From positions 14,570-78,569 of the IMG/VR virus record IMGVR_UViG_3300020446_000004: a stretch of 64,000 bases of DNA. One strand, given 5' to 3'. Of the stretch, positions 38,625 to 48,297 are shown in pieces. Position 1 is the first letter of the stretch; every line of letters begins with the position of its first letter. Under the pieces are notes generated by a model. That model was not told where the DNA came from and searched no databases. It saw only the letters and a list, made by a program, of their open reading frames with translations. This DNA is from a virus. Made by a program: the position numbers and the translations under genes.

Positions 38625-38971
38625 TAGGAGAAAAATATATGCCATATGCAGTAAAAAAACCGCATCCAACAGTGGACAACGTTATGCTTTATCACACATG
38701 GGATCCTGATGGTGACGGTTACGAAGAAATTAGAAAATTCCCAGATCAAGAAAAAGCAAACGTATTTGCAGCCGAACACGCAGGCGCAGTCGTGGTAGAA
38801 ATAGGTTACGAAATTGATCAATCAGATCAAATGATAGCTGATAGATATGCACAGTCAATTGATCCAGCAAGACCAGAAGGTAGTATTACACCATCAACTA
38901 ACGCAGAAGCAGAACACAGATTCGAGCCAGGACCACTTAGAGCTTTCACTGCACACGGCATTTTAGGTTAA
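38621..38971 (+). CDS. Hypothetical protein
   Basis: Acidic ORF filling the gap between gmhB and 38982; true start probably ATG 38639 after an AGGAG SD. Confidence 0.55.
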   Translation: MIGEKYMPYAVKKPHPTVDNVMLYHTWDPDGDGYEEIRKFPDQEKANVFAAEHAGAVVVEIGYEIDQSDQMIADRYAQSIDPARPEGSITPSTNAEAEHRFEPGPLRAFTAHGILG

Positions 38972-38981
38972 GGACTAACCT

Positions 38982-40502
38982 ATGGCAATACCAGTAGCTC
39001 CCGTATTCGATAGGATTAGATTAGTACCTCGTCCAACTGACTTTTTGGACAGGAATACAGGAGCCAGTGGCGAGCTTTTCTACGAGAAGGAAACAAAAAC
39101 ACTTCGTGTATACAATGGGTTACAACGAGGTGGTTTTGAAGTTCTCAGCGAAGAAAGATTAAGAATAAACACTGCTAATTTAGAGGTTGCTACAGTAAAA
39201 TATAATACATTTGTAGGCAATGACGGAGTAGGAAACAAATATTATTTTAACAATGATTTTTCAAACTATGCACCTGCTTTAACTTTTGTAGTAGGATACA
39301 CATATAGATTTGATCAATCAAATTATACCAATTTGTTTTATCCTAATCCACAAGGAGGCACGTTAAATCCTCATCCTTTAGAATTTAGTGTGCAAGAAAA
39401 CGGCACATTAGGTGGAGGCGTCCAATATACTGAAGGTGTTGTATATCTTTTAGATGACGCAGAAGTAACTAGGGAAAAATACCTAAATGATTTTACAAGC
39501 TCTACAACTAGGGCAATACAAATAACAATCACAACAAATACACCAAATACTCTTTACTATTACTGTACTAGACACACAGGAATGGGCGGAGAAATAACAG
39601 TAGGTATGCCAGGATCAGGCACAGGCTCCGGCGGAGCAAGTATTACAGCAAGTGATTCGGCACCTACAGAACCTAGTGCAGGAGCACTATGGTATAACAG
39701 TGCAACTGGATATTTGTATGTATATGTTGATGACGGTGATAGTCAACAATGGGTACAGCCTGTTGCTGGTAACGTGTTTAGTGGATTGTATAATGATTTA
39801 TTAGGCAAACCAACTTTCGCTACAGTTGCCAACACAGGCGATTGGAACGATATACAAAATAAACCTACTATACCAGCTAGCCTTACTGATTTAGGAATTT
39901 CCGACGGGACTGCAAACCAAGTTCTAACCACAGATGGTGCAGGCAATTTTACATTTGAAGATGGCGGAGGAGGATCTTCATATGATCAAAGTCTTAACAC
40001 GACAGATGATGTTACATTTGACGAAATTACTGCAACAACAAGTTTAACTGCACCTAATGTAATTACAAATGGTGTAGGCGTAACTAACTTTACAAGTTCT
40101 ACAAGTTTAACACTATCTGCTACAGATGGCGTGTTTCTTTCTGGAATAGCAAGATCTAGCGAAATAGTAAACACACTTACTGGAGCAACTTCAACAGTTG
40201 ACCACAGTCTAAACTTAGGTAGTGTTTGGAACCATACTAGCATTGCCGCAAACTTTACAGCAAACTTCACAAATGTACCAACAACTACTGACAGAACTAT
40301 TTCGGTTGCATTAATATTAAATCAAGGTGCATCACCATATCTTCCTAATGCTGTTCAAATAAACGGAGGCACTGAAAGTATAAACTGGGAAGATGCATCT
40401 GCACCGACACCTAATGCAAACCAAACAGATGTTGTTGTCTTTACACTTGTACGTACAGGCGGTTCATGGAATGTATTAGGGAGTCTAACAACTTATGGCT
40501 AG
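38982..40502 (+). CDS. Virion structural protein with a cupredoxin-like domain
   Basis: TYRFDQS...HPLEFS...LYYYCTRHTGMGG; P..G.LWYNS..G.LYVY..DGDS.QWV linker; C-terminal fibre-type domain. Confidence 0.65.
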   Translation: MAIPVAPVFDRIRLVPRPTDFLDRNTGASGELFYEKETKTLRVYNGLQRGGFEVLSEERLRINTANLEVATVKYNTFVGNDGVGNKYYFNNDFSNYAPALTFVVGYTYRFDQSNYTNLFYPNPQGGTLNPHPLEFSVQENGTLGGGVQYTEGVVYLLDDAEVTREKYLNDFTSSTTRAIQITITTNTPNTLYYYCTRHTGMGGEITVGMPGSGTGSGGASITASDSAPTEPSAGALWYNSATGYLYVYVDDGDSQQWVQPVAGNVFSGLYNDLLGKPTFATVANTGDWNDIQNKPTIPASLTDLGISDGTANQVLTTDGAGNFTFEDGGGGSSYDQSLNTTDDVTFDEITATTSLTAPNVITNGVGVTNFTSSTSLTLSATDGVFLSGIARSSEIVNTLTGATSTVDHSLNLGSVWNHTSIAANFTANFTNVPTTTDRTISVALILNQGASPYLPNAVQINGGTESINWEDASAPTPNANQTDVVVFTLVRTGGSWNVLGSLTTYG

Positions 40503-42090
40503 TGAAAAAGAATATGTGGTTGTTGTACATAGAGGAATAGATTTAGAATCATTTGATGCTGAACTTGCCGCAGAAACAGGCACGGGACCAATTCCAAACA
40601 GAGCAGTAGAAGTAGCAAATCCAAGATGGGGTTCAAAACGCATGACCCATTGGATGCTTAGTGACGCAGAAGCAGAAGAACTTACAAAAGATGAACGTGT
40701 GCTTGCAGTTGAAATACCTGCAGATCAAAGAACAGATATACAAATTGGACTTAATGCTAGACAGACTGGAATTTGGTATAGAGGATCAAGCACAAATAAC
40801 ACGCACGGCAATTGGGCATTGCGTAGATGCATAGAAGTACATAACGATCCGTTTGGAAGTGATACAATACTCACTGGTGATTACACATATCCCTTAGACG
40901 GTACAGGGATAGATTTTGTAGTACAGGATAGTGGTATACAACCTGATCATCCAGAGTTTCAAGATGCAAATGGTGTCAGTAGAGTACAACAGATAGATTG
41001 GTTATCTAACAGTGGCATCGGCGGCGAAACACAAGATGACAACTTTTATACAGACTATGATGGCCATGGCACTCACTGTGCAGGTACAGCAGTAGGTAAA
41101 ACTTTTGGATGGGCAAAAAATGCAAGAGTATATAGTCAAAAACTAGCAGGATTAGAAGGCTCAGGTGATCCAAACAACGGAATTAGTATAGCTAATGCTT
41201 TTGATACTATAAGAATATGGCATAACAACAAAGCAGGTGCAGATGCTAATAGGCCAACTGTAGTAAACATGAGTTGGGGATACGGCACAACAAGAACTGG
41301 TGATCCTACAGATGGTGTTTATAGAGGAACTGCTTGGACATACGGTGTTGATTATAGTGATAGAGCAAGTTTAGAGCAAGCTACAGGTGTGCCTATTATG
41401 AGGATAACATCCGGTGGTGTGCCGGTGGCGGCTAGATTAAGCATAAGGGTAGCAAGTGTTGATGCTGAAATAGAAGATATGATCGATGCAGGCATACATG
41501 TATGCATTGCCGCAGGTAATAATTATAATAAAATAGATACTGGTGCCGGTAGTGATTATGCAAATACAGTAAATTTTAGTGGCAACGTAAGCTATCATCA
41601 AGGAAGCTCGCCATATAGTACTAGAGCGTTTATGGTAGCAAGTGTAGATAGTGCAGTAAACGGATCAGATAACGATAAACCTAGTGTGTTTTCAAGCAGA
41701 GGTCCAGGATGTAACATTTGGGCACCAGGCAGTGATATAATGAGTGCAACAAGTAACGATTATAACAGTGCAAAATTTTCTCCTATTGAATATTTTGGAG
41801 ATAGTAATTTTAAGCAAATGAGTATTAGTGGCACATCAATGGCATCTCCTCAAGTAGCAGGAATTTGTTGTCTTTACTTACAAGTATTTCCTGACCTTTC
41901 TCCTGAACAACTACAACAAAGAATATTAGCAGATAGTAAAGGTGTTATGGATACAACAGGATCAGATACAGATTATGACGATACACAAAACAGTCTACTA
42001 GGACAATCAACACAGTTTTTATACACAAAATACAGCCAAGAAAATCCGTGGACACTTACTGGTCCTTCGAATATATCAATAGGAAGTTAA
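40495..42090 (+). CDS. Subtilisin-like serine peptidase (S8) with N-terminal prodomain
   Basis: VVQDSG (Asp), HGTHCAG (His), AAGN (oxyanion Asn), SGTSMASPQVAG (Ser). Confidence 0.92.
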   Translation: MASEKEYVVVVHRGIDLESFDAELAAETGTGPIPNRAVEVANPRWGSKRMTHWMLSDAEAEELTKDERVLAVEIPADQRTDIQIGLNARQTGIWYRGSSTNNTHGNWALRRCIEVHNDPFGSDTILTGDYTYPLDGTGIDFVVQDSGIQPDHPEFQDANGVSRVQQIDWLSNSGIGGETQDDNFYTDYDGHGTHCAGTAVGKTFGWAKNARVYSQKLAGLEGSGDPNNGISIANAFDTIRIWHNNKAGADANRPTVVNMSWGYGTTRTGDPTDGVYRGTAWTYGVDYSDRASLEQATGVPIMRITSGGVPVAARLSIRVASVDAEIEDMIDAGIHVCIAAGNNYNKIDTGAGSDYANTVNFSGNVSYHQGSSPYSTRAFMVASVDSAVNGSDNDKPSVFSSRGPGCNIWAPGSDIMSATSNDYNSAKFSPIEYFGDSNFKQMSISGTSMASPQVAGICCLYLQVFPDLSPEQLQQRILADSKGVMDTTGSDTDYDDTQNSLLGQSTQFLYTKYSQENPWTLTGPSNISIGS

Positions 42091-42091
42091 A

Positions 42092-45000
42092 ATGCCACGT
42101 CTGACACAATTAGCAGGACTAGTAAAAAAATCAGCAGGTGAAATAAGTTTTGTAAATCCTTATATAGATTTTAGTAGCGGTACAGCACCTACTGCTGTTG
42201 TATCTGAAGGATCTACTATTGAAGCTTTTTTTCAAATTTATGATGGCAGTCCTCAAGCTGGTGAGACAGTAAGTTATAGCATTACAACAGGCGGTGGCTT
42301 TGTGAACTCTGCAGATATTTCGATTCCCATTACTGGAACATGCCCAGTAACAATTAATCAATTTGGCAGAGGAGTTTTTAGTATTAATTTCGAAATTACT
42401 GAAGATATAACAACAGAAGGCGCCGAGGATTTATCAATTACATTTACATATAATTATACTAATCCTTCAACTGGTGCAGGAACTGCTCAATATGTTTATG
42501 ATCTGGGAATTTCTGATACAAGCCAAACACCAGCCAATCCAACATATGTGCTTAACAGAACTACAAGTAGTGCAAATGAAGGTGAAAGTTTTACTATCTC
42601 GTTAGTAACTGCAAATGTTGCAGGCGGCACCACAGTTCCTTACACAATTACAGGTGTGTCCAGTGCTGATATTGGCGGTGTTAGTTTGACTGGTAATTTT
42701 GTAACTGGCACAACAGACGATGTAACTTTTAACGTAACAGCAGATGCAACAACAGAAGGTGCAGAAACATTTAGTCTTGAATTAGATAACGGTGAAGATA
42801 CTATTACAGTAACAATTAATGATACTAGTTTAGATCCTACATATGCTGTCAGTGCAAGTAGGGCAAGTGTAAACGAAGGTGAAAGTTTTACTGTTAATCT
42901 TACAACAACTGATGTACAAGATGGTGTTGGAGTAGGTTATACAATAACAGGAGTATCAAGTGCAGATATTGACGGTGCCTCTCTTACAGGTAGTTTTACA
43001 GTGAGTAGCAATGCCGCAAGTCTAAATGTAACTGTAACTGCTGACGAATCACTAGGTGAGGGTAATGAAACATTTACCCTATCTCTTAACAATGGTGAAG
43101 ATGCTGTAAGTGTAGACATTGCAGATAGTAGTGTAGATACAACACCGACTTATAGTAGCTTGACGCTACAAAGTGCAAGTAGCGTAAATGAAGGGTCTGC
43201 CAGTACGTTTAGAATTACAGGTAGAAACATAGCTCAAAATACCACAATAGACGTTATACTCACAGGAGTTACAGGTACTGTAGCGGCAAACGATTTTGCT
43301 CCTGCAAGTTTAACTCGCACAGTAACATGGACAGGTGCTAGTAATCCTATTACACAATCACAAGATTTTACAGTAACACTTGCTGAGGACGAAATCACAG
43401 AAGGTGCAGAGTCATTCAAATGTGTATTATCAGCTACAGATAGTAATGGAACAGCAACAGGTGGACTTGAATCTCCCACAGTAACAATAGGTGATACTTC
43501 ACTCAGTCCAGTAATAGGACAAGTCGAATTTACAGGACTTACAAACGGTAATGAGGCATTCAGCCCTTGGACAGTGCCTACAGATGTAACAAGTATTAGT
43601 ATTGTATGTATTGGCGGTGGGGGCGGTGGAGCAGGTTGTGCAAATTCCTACGGATACGCCGGTGGTGGAGGAGGCGGAGGCGGCCTAGCATACGCGAACA
43701 ACGTTTCGGTAACTCCCGGAGAAACATTAATAGTTAGAACAGGATATGCTGGTACAGCAGGCGGAAGAGGTCAAAATGGTGGCGACGGTGGAACAAGCAG
43801 TGTAAAAAGAGGATCAACCGAGCTTTGCTCTGTCAACGGAGGCTATGGCGGTTCAGCAAGCAATGTAGGCGGTGATGGCGGTGGAGCCAATGGTACAGGA
43901 ACTAGATACACTGGCGGCGCTGGCGGTAATGGCCAAAGCTATTCGCGTGGTGGAGGCGGTGGTGGTGCCGCAGGATATAGTGGTGATGGTGGTGATGCAA
44001 GAGGCGGCAATAATTTTAGTGCTGGTGAAAACGGTTCAGGCGGCGGCGGGGGCGGTGGTGGTGCGTGTTCTACAAGCCCTGGACAGACTGGCGGCGGAGG
44101 AATACAAAATAAAGGTCAAGGATCTAATGGTGTAGGCGGAAGTTATAACCAAGATGGTAATGGTGGATCTGGAGGTGAAGCAGGACAAAATGGTATTGGT
44201 GGTGCTTTAGGTGGAGGAGGTAGTGGTACATCTTACACTGGAAATCCTTCGCAAGGTAATGGACAACGTGGTGGAGTTGGCAGTGTAAGGATTATATATC
44301 CAGGTACAAGTAGACAATTTCCAAGCACAAGAACAGCTAACGAAGCGGCAGTTAGTGGAACATACGACTCAATAATAAGGAATGATGCAGAAATACAAGA
44401 ATATCCTAGTACTTTGAACGATGCAACTGTAACATTTACATTATCAACTTCAGATGTTCCTCAAGGTACAACAGTAGGATATAGTTTTGTAAATGTTCAA
44501 GGCACTGTGACTGCTGACGATTTTATAAACAGAGATACGCTTTTTACTATAGGCAGTGATGGAACAGCAACAGTAAGTATGCAAGCCACAGGCGACTGGG
44601 CTACTGAAGGCACAGAAATATTTAAAATACAATTGGCGTCAACTGACAGCATAGGTAATGATACAGAAGATTTACAAAGTCCTAATGTAACAATAACAGA
44701 TAATTATCCTGCTACTATTTACAACAGCATAAGTTTAGATAAGTCAAACTACAATGAAGGCGACGAAGTTACCATTTCAGTAGATTATACAAACAATACA
44801 GATAAAGCAATATCAGTTGCATATACAGTTTCAAGTAGTTCAGGATCATCAACAGATTTTGATAACACGTATGGAATATTAAATCTAATAGGAGGAACTA
44901 CATACGAAGGGCCACCTTATGCTGGGACAAAAACTACAATCCTAGCAGATGCAACAACTGAAGGTGCAGAAACTATGACTGTAACTTTGAATCCTACAGA

Positions 45001-46378
45001 TTCAAACGGTAATCCTACTAATAGTAGATCTGCTACTGCAACTATCAATGATACAAGTTTGACGCCAAGAGTGCCAGGACAAAGCCTTGATGGATATATT
45101 CAGCAACCTGCGTATGACGATCAAGTAGGTGGTGCAAGACCTGGAGCAGGCTGGGGAGCTGTTTTAGGCGGAGATGATGATTTTGTAGTTGTAGGAAGTT
45201 ATCTTTCAGCAAGGCCAAGTAGTGCAGGCAGTTACGAGGCAGCTCATGGGCAAGTACACATTTATAATAGACAAACAAAAGCATTATTACACGTTATCGA
45301 AAATCCCCTGACAGGTTCTGCATATGCCAGTGAAAGAACTATAATGTTTGGATCGGGTGTAGGTTTAACTAAAGTAGGAAGCACATATTATCTAGCAGTG
45401 GCAGGATCTAATTTTAAGTACAACGGAGTAAGTTATTATGATCCAAGAATCTTCGTTTATAAATCAACTAACAATTGGTCAACTTACAGTCTACATAAAA
45501 CTGCAAGATTAGGTACATCAGATTCAGGTAATCCAAACACACAAAGTGAGAAAAGATTTAGAGTAGGCGGAGATTATCTAGTTTATGGATATAATAATAT
45601 GTCTAATTCAGGTACTGTAAGGTATATGCAATTAAGTTCAAATGGTACTTCAGATCTTTCAACACCAGTAGCTCAATGGGAATCATTAGCTAGTACTACT
45701 TTACAGCAATATCAAAATTTTGAAGCAGGTAGTACTGTTGATACAGATGGTACATATATATTATATGGAAGTTATGAGAGAGATTATACATCAGGCTCTA
45801 ACACATATCAGAATACAGGAACAGCTCAATTAGCTTTTAATGCTAACGGTAATGGATATAGATATCACGGTGGACAAACTTATGCAGGGTCTACTACTAA
45901 TTGGGCCAATTTTGAATTTGGAAAAGGTGTTGCACTAGCTGGCAACTATTATGCTGTAGCATCTGGTGGAGACGATTACAGTGGAAACATAGATGCAGGC
46001 AGAGTAAGATGTTTTCAACTATCAACAGGAGGCTTAAGAGGAACTATCAACAGACCTGTGTTTAGTCCAGGTATTTCTGGCGGTGGTGGCTCTAAATTCT
46101 ATGGAGGTCAACTATCTGGAAATTCAGACGGATACATAGCAGTGTTATGGCAAGACGTCTACGGCCAAGATAACAACACATTGCGAATATACAATGCGGC
46201 CAATGGATCATTAGTAAATACTGTTCCTCATCCTGGAAATGTAACGTATATACCAAATGTAAATGTAGACTTGTATCATTACAATGCAATACACATTACT
46301 AAAAGCTACGTGTTTACACGAACAACACCCCTCCAAACGCAAGGAGGCTCTGCATATTGCAGGATATACATACATTAA
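42092..46378 (+). CDS. Large adhesin-like virion protein: Calx-beta/Ig-like repeats, Gly-rich domain, C-terminal propeller
   Basis: Repeats of SxNEG...V.YTITGVSSADI...AD.TTEG.E.F...I.DTS; WTVP...GGGGGG...GGVGSVRIIY at about 43570-44300. Confidence 0.7.
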   Translation: MPRLTQLAGLVKKSAGEISFVNPYIDFSSGTAPTAVVSEGSTIEAFFQIYDGSPQAGETVSYSITTGGGFVNSADISIPITGTCPVTINQFGRGVFSINFEITEDITTEGAEDLSITFTYNYTNPSTGAGTAQYVYDLGISDTSQTPANPTYVLNRTTSSANEGESFTISLVTANVAGGTTVPYTITGVSSADIGGVSLTGNFVTGTTDDVTFNVTADATTEGAETFSLELDNGEDTITVTINDTSLDPTYAVSASRASVNEGESFTVNLTTTDVQDGVGVGYTITGVSSADIDGASLTGSFTVSSNAASLNVTVTADESLGEGNETFTLSLNNGEDAVSVDIADSSVDTTPTYSSLTLQSASSVNEGSASTFRITGRNIAQNTTIDVILTGVTGTVAANDFAPASLTRTVTWTGASNPITQSQDFTVTLAEDEITEGAESFKCVLSATDSNGTATGGLESPTVTIGDTSLSPVIGQVEFTGLTNGNEAFSPWTVPTDVTSISIVCIGGGGGGAGCANSYGYAGGGGGGGGLAYANNVSVTPGETLIVRTGYAGTAGGRGQNGGDGGTSSVKRGSTELCSVNGGYGGSASNVGGDGGGANGTGTRYTGGAGGNGQSYSRGGGGGGAAGYSGDGGDARGGNNFSAGENGSGGGGGGGGACSTSPGQTGGGGIQNKGQGSNGVGGSYNQDGNGGSGGEAGQNGIGGALGGGGSGTSYTGNPSQGNGQRGGVGSVRIIYPGTSRQFPSTRTANEAAVSGTYDSIIRNDAEIQEYPSTLNDATVTFTLSTSDVPQGTTVGYSFVNVQGTVTADDFINRDTLFTIGSDGTATVSMQATGDWATEGTEIFKIQLASTDSIGNDTEDLQSPNVTITDNYPATIYNSISLDKSNYNEGDEVTISVDYTNNTDKAISVAYTVSSSSGSSTDFDNTYGILNLIGGTTYEGPPYAGTKTTILADATTEGAETMTVTLNPTDSNGNPTNSRSATATINDTSLTPRVPGQSLDGYIQQPAYDDQVGGARPGAGWGAVLGGDDDFVVVGSYLSARPSSAGSYEAAHGQVHIYNRQTKALLHVIENPLTGSAYASERTIMFGSGVGLTKVGSTYYLAVAGSNFKYNGVSYYDPRIFVYKSTNNWSTYSLHKTARLGTSDSGNPNTQSEKRFRVGGDYLVYGYNNMSNSGTVRYMQLSSNGTSDLSTPVAQWESLASTTLQQYQNFEAGSTVDTDGTYILYGSYERDYTSGSNTYQNTGTAQLAFNANGNGYRYHGGQTYAGSTTNWANFEFGKGVALAGNYYAVASGGDDYSGNIDAGRVRCFQLSTGGLRGTINRPVFSPGISGGGGSKFYGGQLSGNSDGYIAVLWQDVYGQDNNTLRIYNAANGSLVNTVPHPGNVTYIPNVNVDLYHYNAIHITKSYVFTRTTPLQTQGGSAYCRIYIH

Positions 46379-46384
46379 TAAATA
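46379..46384 (+). promoter_or_regulatory. T4-type late promoter core TAAATA
   Basis: AATAAATACAAT followed by a GAGG SD and ATG 46400. Confidence 0.6.
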
Positions 46385-46399
46385 CAATGAGAGGTTATT

Positions 46400-47251
46400 A
46401 TGGCAATAGATTTTCCAAACACACCAGCAGTAAATGACACACATGTTGTAGGAAATATTACTTGGACATGGACTGGAAGTGCATGGGCGATATTAAGCTC
46501 TGTAGGTGGCGGTGGCGGAGTAGGTTCGCAAAATACCTTTAGTACAATAGCAGGCGATACAGGGAGTGTAGCCGCATCGAGTCCTACAGATACACTTACA
46601 ATATCTGGTGGTACAGATATTTCAACTTCAGTAACTGGTTCAATGGTAGAAATAGCTTACACAGGATCCGGCGGTGGAGGTGGTGGCGGAGGTGCCACAT
46701 CATTAAACGAATTATCCGACGTAAATATTTCTAACCCTCAAGACGGTGAAGTTTTAAAATATAGTGCAGGAGAATGGGCAAACGGCACAGATGCTACAGG
46801 TGGCGGTGGAGGTGGAGGTGCATCTAATTTCACTGATCTAGGAGATGTACCAACAGGCTTGACACCTGCAAGTTTTTATGAACATGCTATTGCTACGTTA
46901 AGAGTAGATAATGTAAATGCAGATGCTTACACATTTAATAGTCATTACAGCGGAAATAATCCTACCATTTATGTAATAAGTGGAACAACTATAGCATTTG
47001 ATTTGACAAACATAGGTGGACATCCATTCCTAATACAAGACAGTACTGGTACTAATATAACATCTGGGTTGGTGCATGTAGCTACAAACGGCACAGTACT
47101 CACAGATACAAATGCACAAGGTCAATCAAGCGGAGTATTATATTGGAGGGTACCGGAAACACTAGCAAGTCCACCTAACTATAGATATCAATGTCAATCA
47201 CATACAGCTATGGTTGGACCTATAACAATCAAAAGATTAAGCACCTTGTAA
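46400..47251 (+). CDS. Virion structural protein with poly-Gly linkers and a C-terminal cupredoxin-like domain
   Basis: MAIDFP..P..ND......WTW.G.AW start; L..LSDV.I..P.DGEVLKY; GHPF.IQ...YQCQSHTAMVG.I.I. Confidence 0.65.
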   Translation: MAIDFPNTPAVNDTHVVGNITWTWTGSAWAILSSVGGGGGVGSQNTFSTIAGDTGSVAASSPTDTLTISGGTDISTSVTGSMVEIAYTGSGGGGGGGGATSLNELSDVNISNPQDGEVLKYSAGEWANGTDATGGGGGGGASNFTDLGDVPTGLTPASFYEHAIATLRVDNVNADAYTFNSHYSGNNPTIYVISGTTIAFDLTNIGGHPFLIQDSTGTNITSGLVHVATNGTVLTDTNAQGQSSGVLYWRVPETLASPPNYRYQCQSHTAMVGPITIKRLSTL

Positions 47252-47494
47252 AAAACTTGTCAACTTTGTTCTTATATCTGTGAGGTTAAGCACATGTTGT
47301 CTAAGTGTATGAGGGTCTATGTTACCATCATTATTTGGAGCATGTCCTTCATTAATTATTGCTACTTGATCCTGTAAATCTTGCAATAATTCTTGGGCAT
47401 GTTTTTTATTTTTTTGTATAACAATTTTTGATATTTTACTTTGAAAATCTTGTATTTCTTCTTTGTATCTTTGAGAGTTATCAATAGTAAGCAT
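47237..47494 (-). CDS. Hypothetical helical protein
   Basis: 85 aa, coupled (TAATG) to the upstream cupin on the minus strand. Confidence 0.55.
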   Translation of the reverse strand: MLTIDNSQRYKEEIQDFQSKISKIVIQKNKKHAQELLQDLQDQVAIINEGHAPNNDGNIDPHTLRQHVLNLTDIRTKLTSFLQGA

Positions 47495-47853
47495 TATTCT
47501 TCCTTAAGAACAGGTCTAAGTTGATAGAAGTCATCTTTTTTATCTATGTTACTTGTTTGCGTAATACTGCCTCCATCTACCATACTTTCTAAGCCAACTG
47601 GCATACAAGGAGGTACATGAAATACACTTCCTTCTTTAACTTCTTTTTCATATAACATACCATTGCTTGTGTCTATCCAAGCAATTTTAAAATTACCCGT
47701 GTTAACAAACCAAGTCTTTTCAGTTTGTTTGTGAAAATGCATAGGCAAGCCAGCGCCTACACTATCAAAAACTAAAATTTTAGAAACATAGTTTTCTGTT
47801 TTTGCCCATAATGCTTCATATCCAAAATTACTTTTTTCTACATTTTCGCTCAT
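47494..47853 (-). CDS. Cupin, paralog of 36284..36646
   Basis: FGYEALWAKT.NY.SKIL...PMHFH...EKTWFV..G.F...PPCMP. Confidence 0.65.
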   Translation of the reverse strand: MSENVEKSNFGYEALWAKTENYVSKILVFDSVGAGLPMHFHKQTEKTWFVNTGNFKIAWIDTSNGMLYEKEVKEGSVFHVPPCMPVGLESMVDGGSITQTSNIDKKDDFYQLRPVLKEE

Positions 47854-48284
47854 AATAAATCCATTACTTTAAATACAGTTTCCAATTTAGTTACATTTAC
47901 TTTATTACTCAGAGTATTTTTTAATCCATTATGCAAAGGTTTAGGCCAACTTTTAAAAGTTATCCATGCATATCCGCTATGCTCTCCATTTAATGCAGGA
48001 ATAAATTCTTTATCTACAACACAAAGATATGTATGAAATTGAAATTTGCTATCATTTGAAATAAATGTTTCTAGAGGAACAGTTTTTATTATATCTATTT
48101 CTCCTATTTCTTCAAATATTTCTCTACGTAAGCCTTCCCACGGTGTCTCTGCTTCTTCGTTTGTGCCGCCAACTAATCCCCAAACGTCCTTTGCACGACC
48201 TTGTGTTCTATATAATAATAAGAAACGTTTTGTAGAACGTGCATACACCAAAGCACCACTACAGATAATGGATTTACTCTTCAT
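47850..48284 (-). CDS. Nudix hydrolase
   Basis: WGLVGG..EEAETPWEGLRREIFEEIG Nudix box; LNGEHSGYAW. Confidence 0.85.
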   Translation of the reverse strand: MKSKSIICSGALVYARSTKRFLLLYRTQGRAKDVWGLVGGTNEEAETPWEGLRREIFEEIGEIDIIKTVPLETFISNDSKFQFHTYLCVVDKEFIPALNGEHSGYAWITFKSWPKPLHNGLKNTLSNKVNVTKLETVFKVMDLL

Positions 48285-48297
48285 ACAATTAATTATC

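Noticed and set aside
43600-44290. GC-rich segment as foreign DNA or structured RNA
   Set aside because: Explained by poly-glycine codons within 42092..46378.
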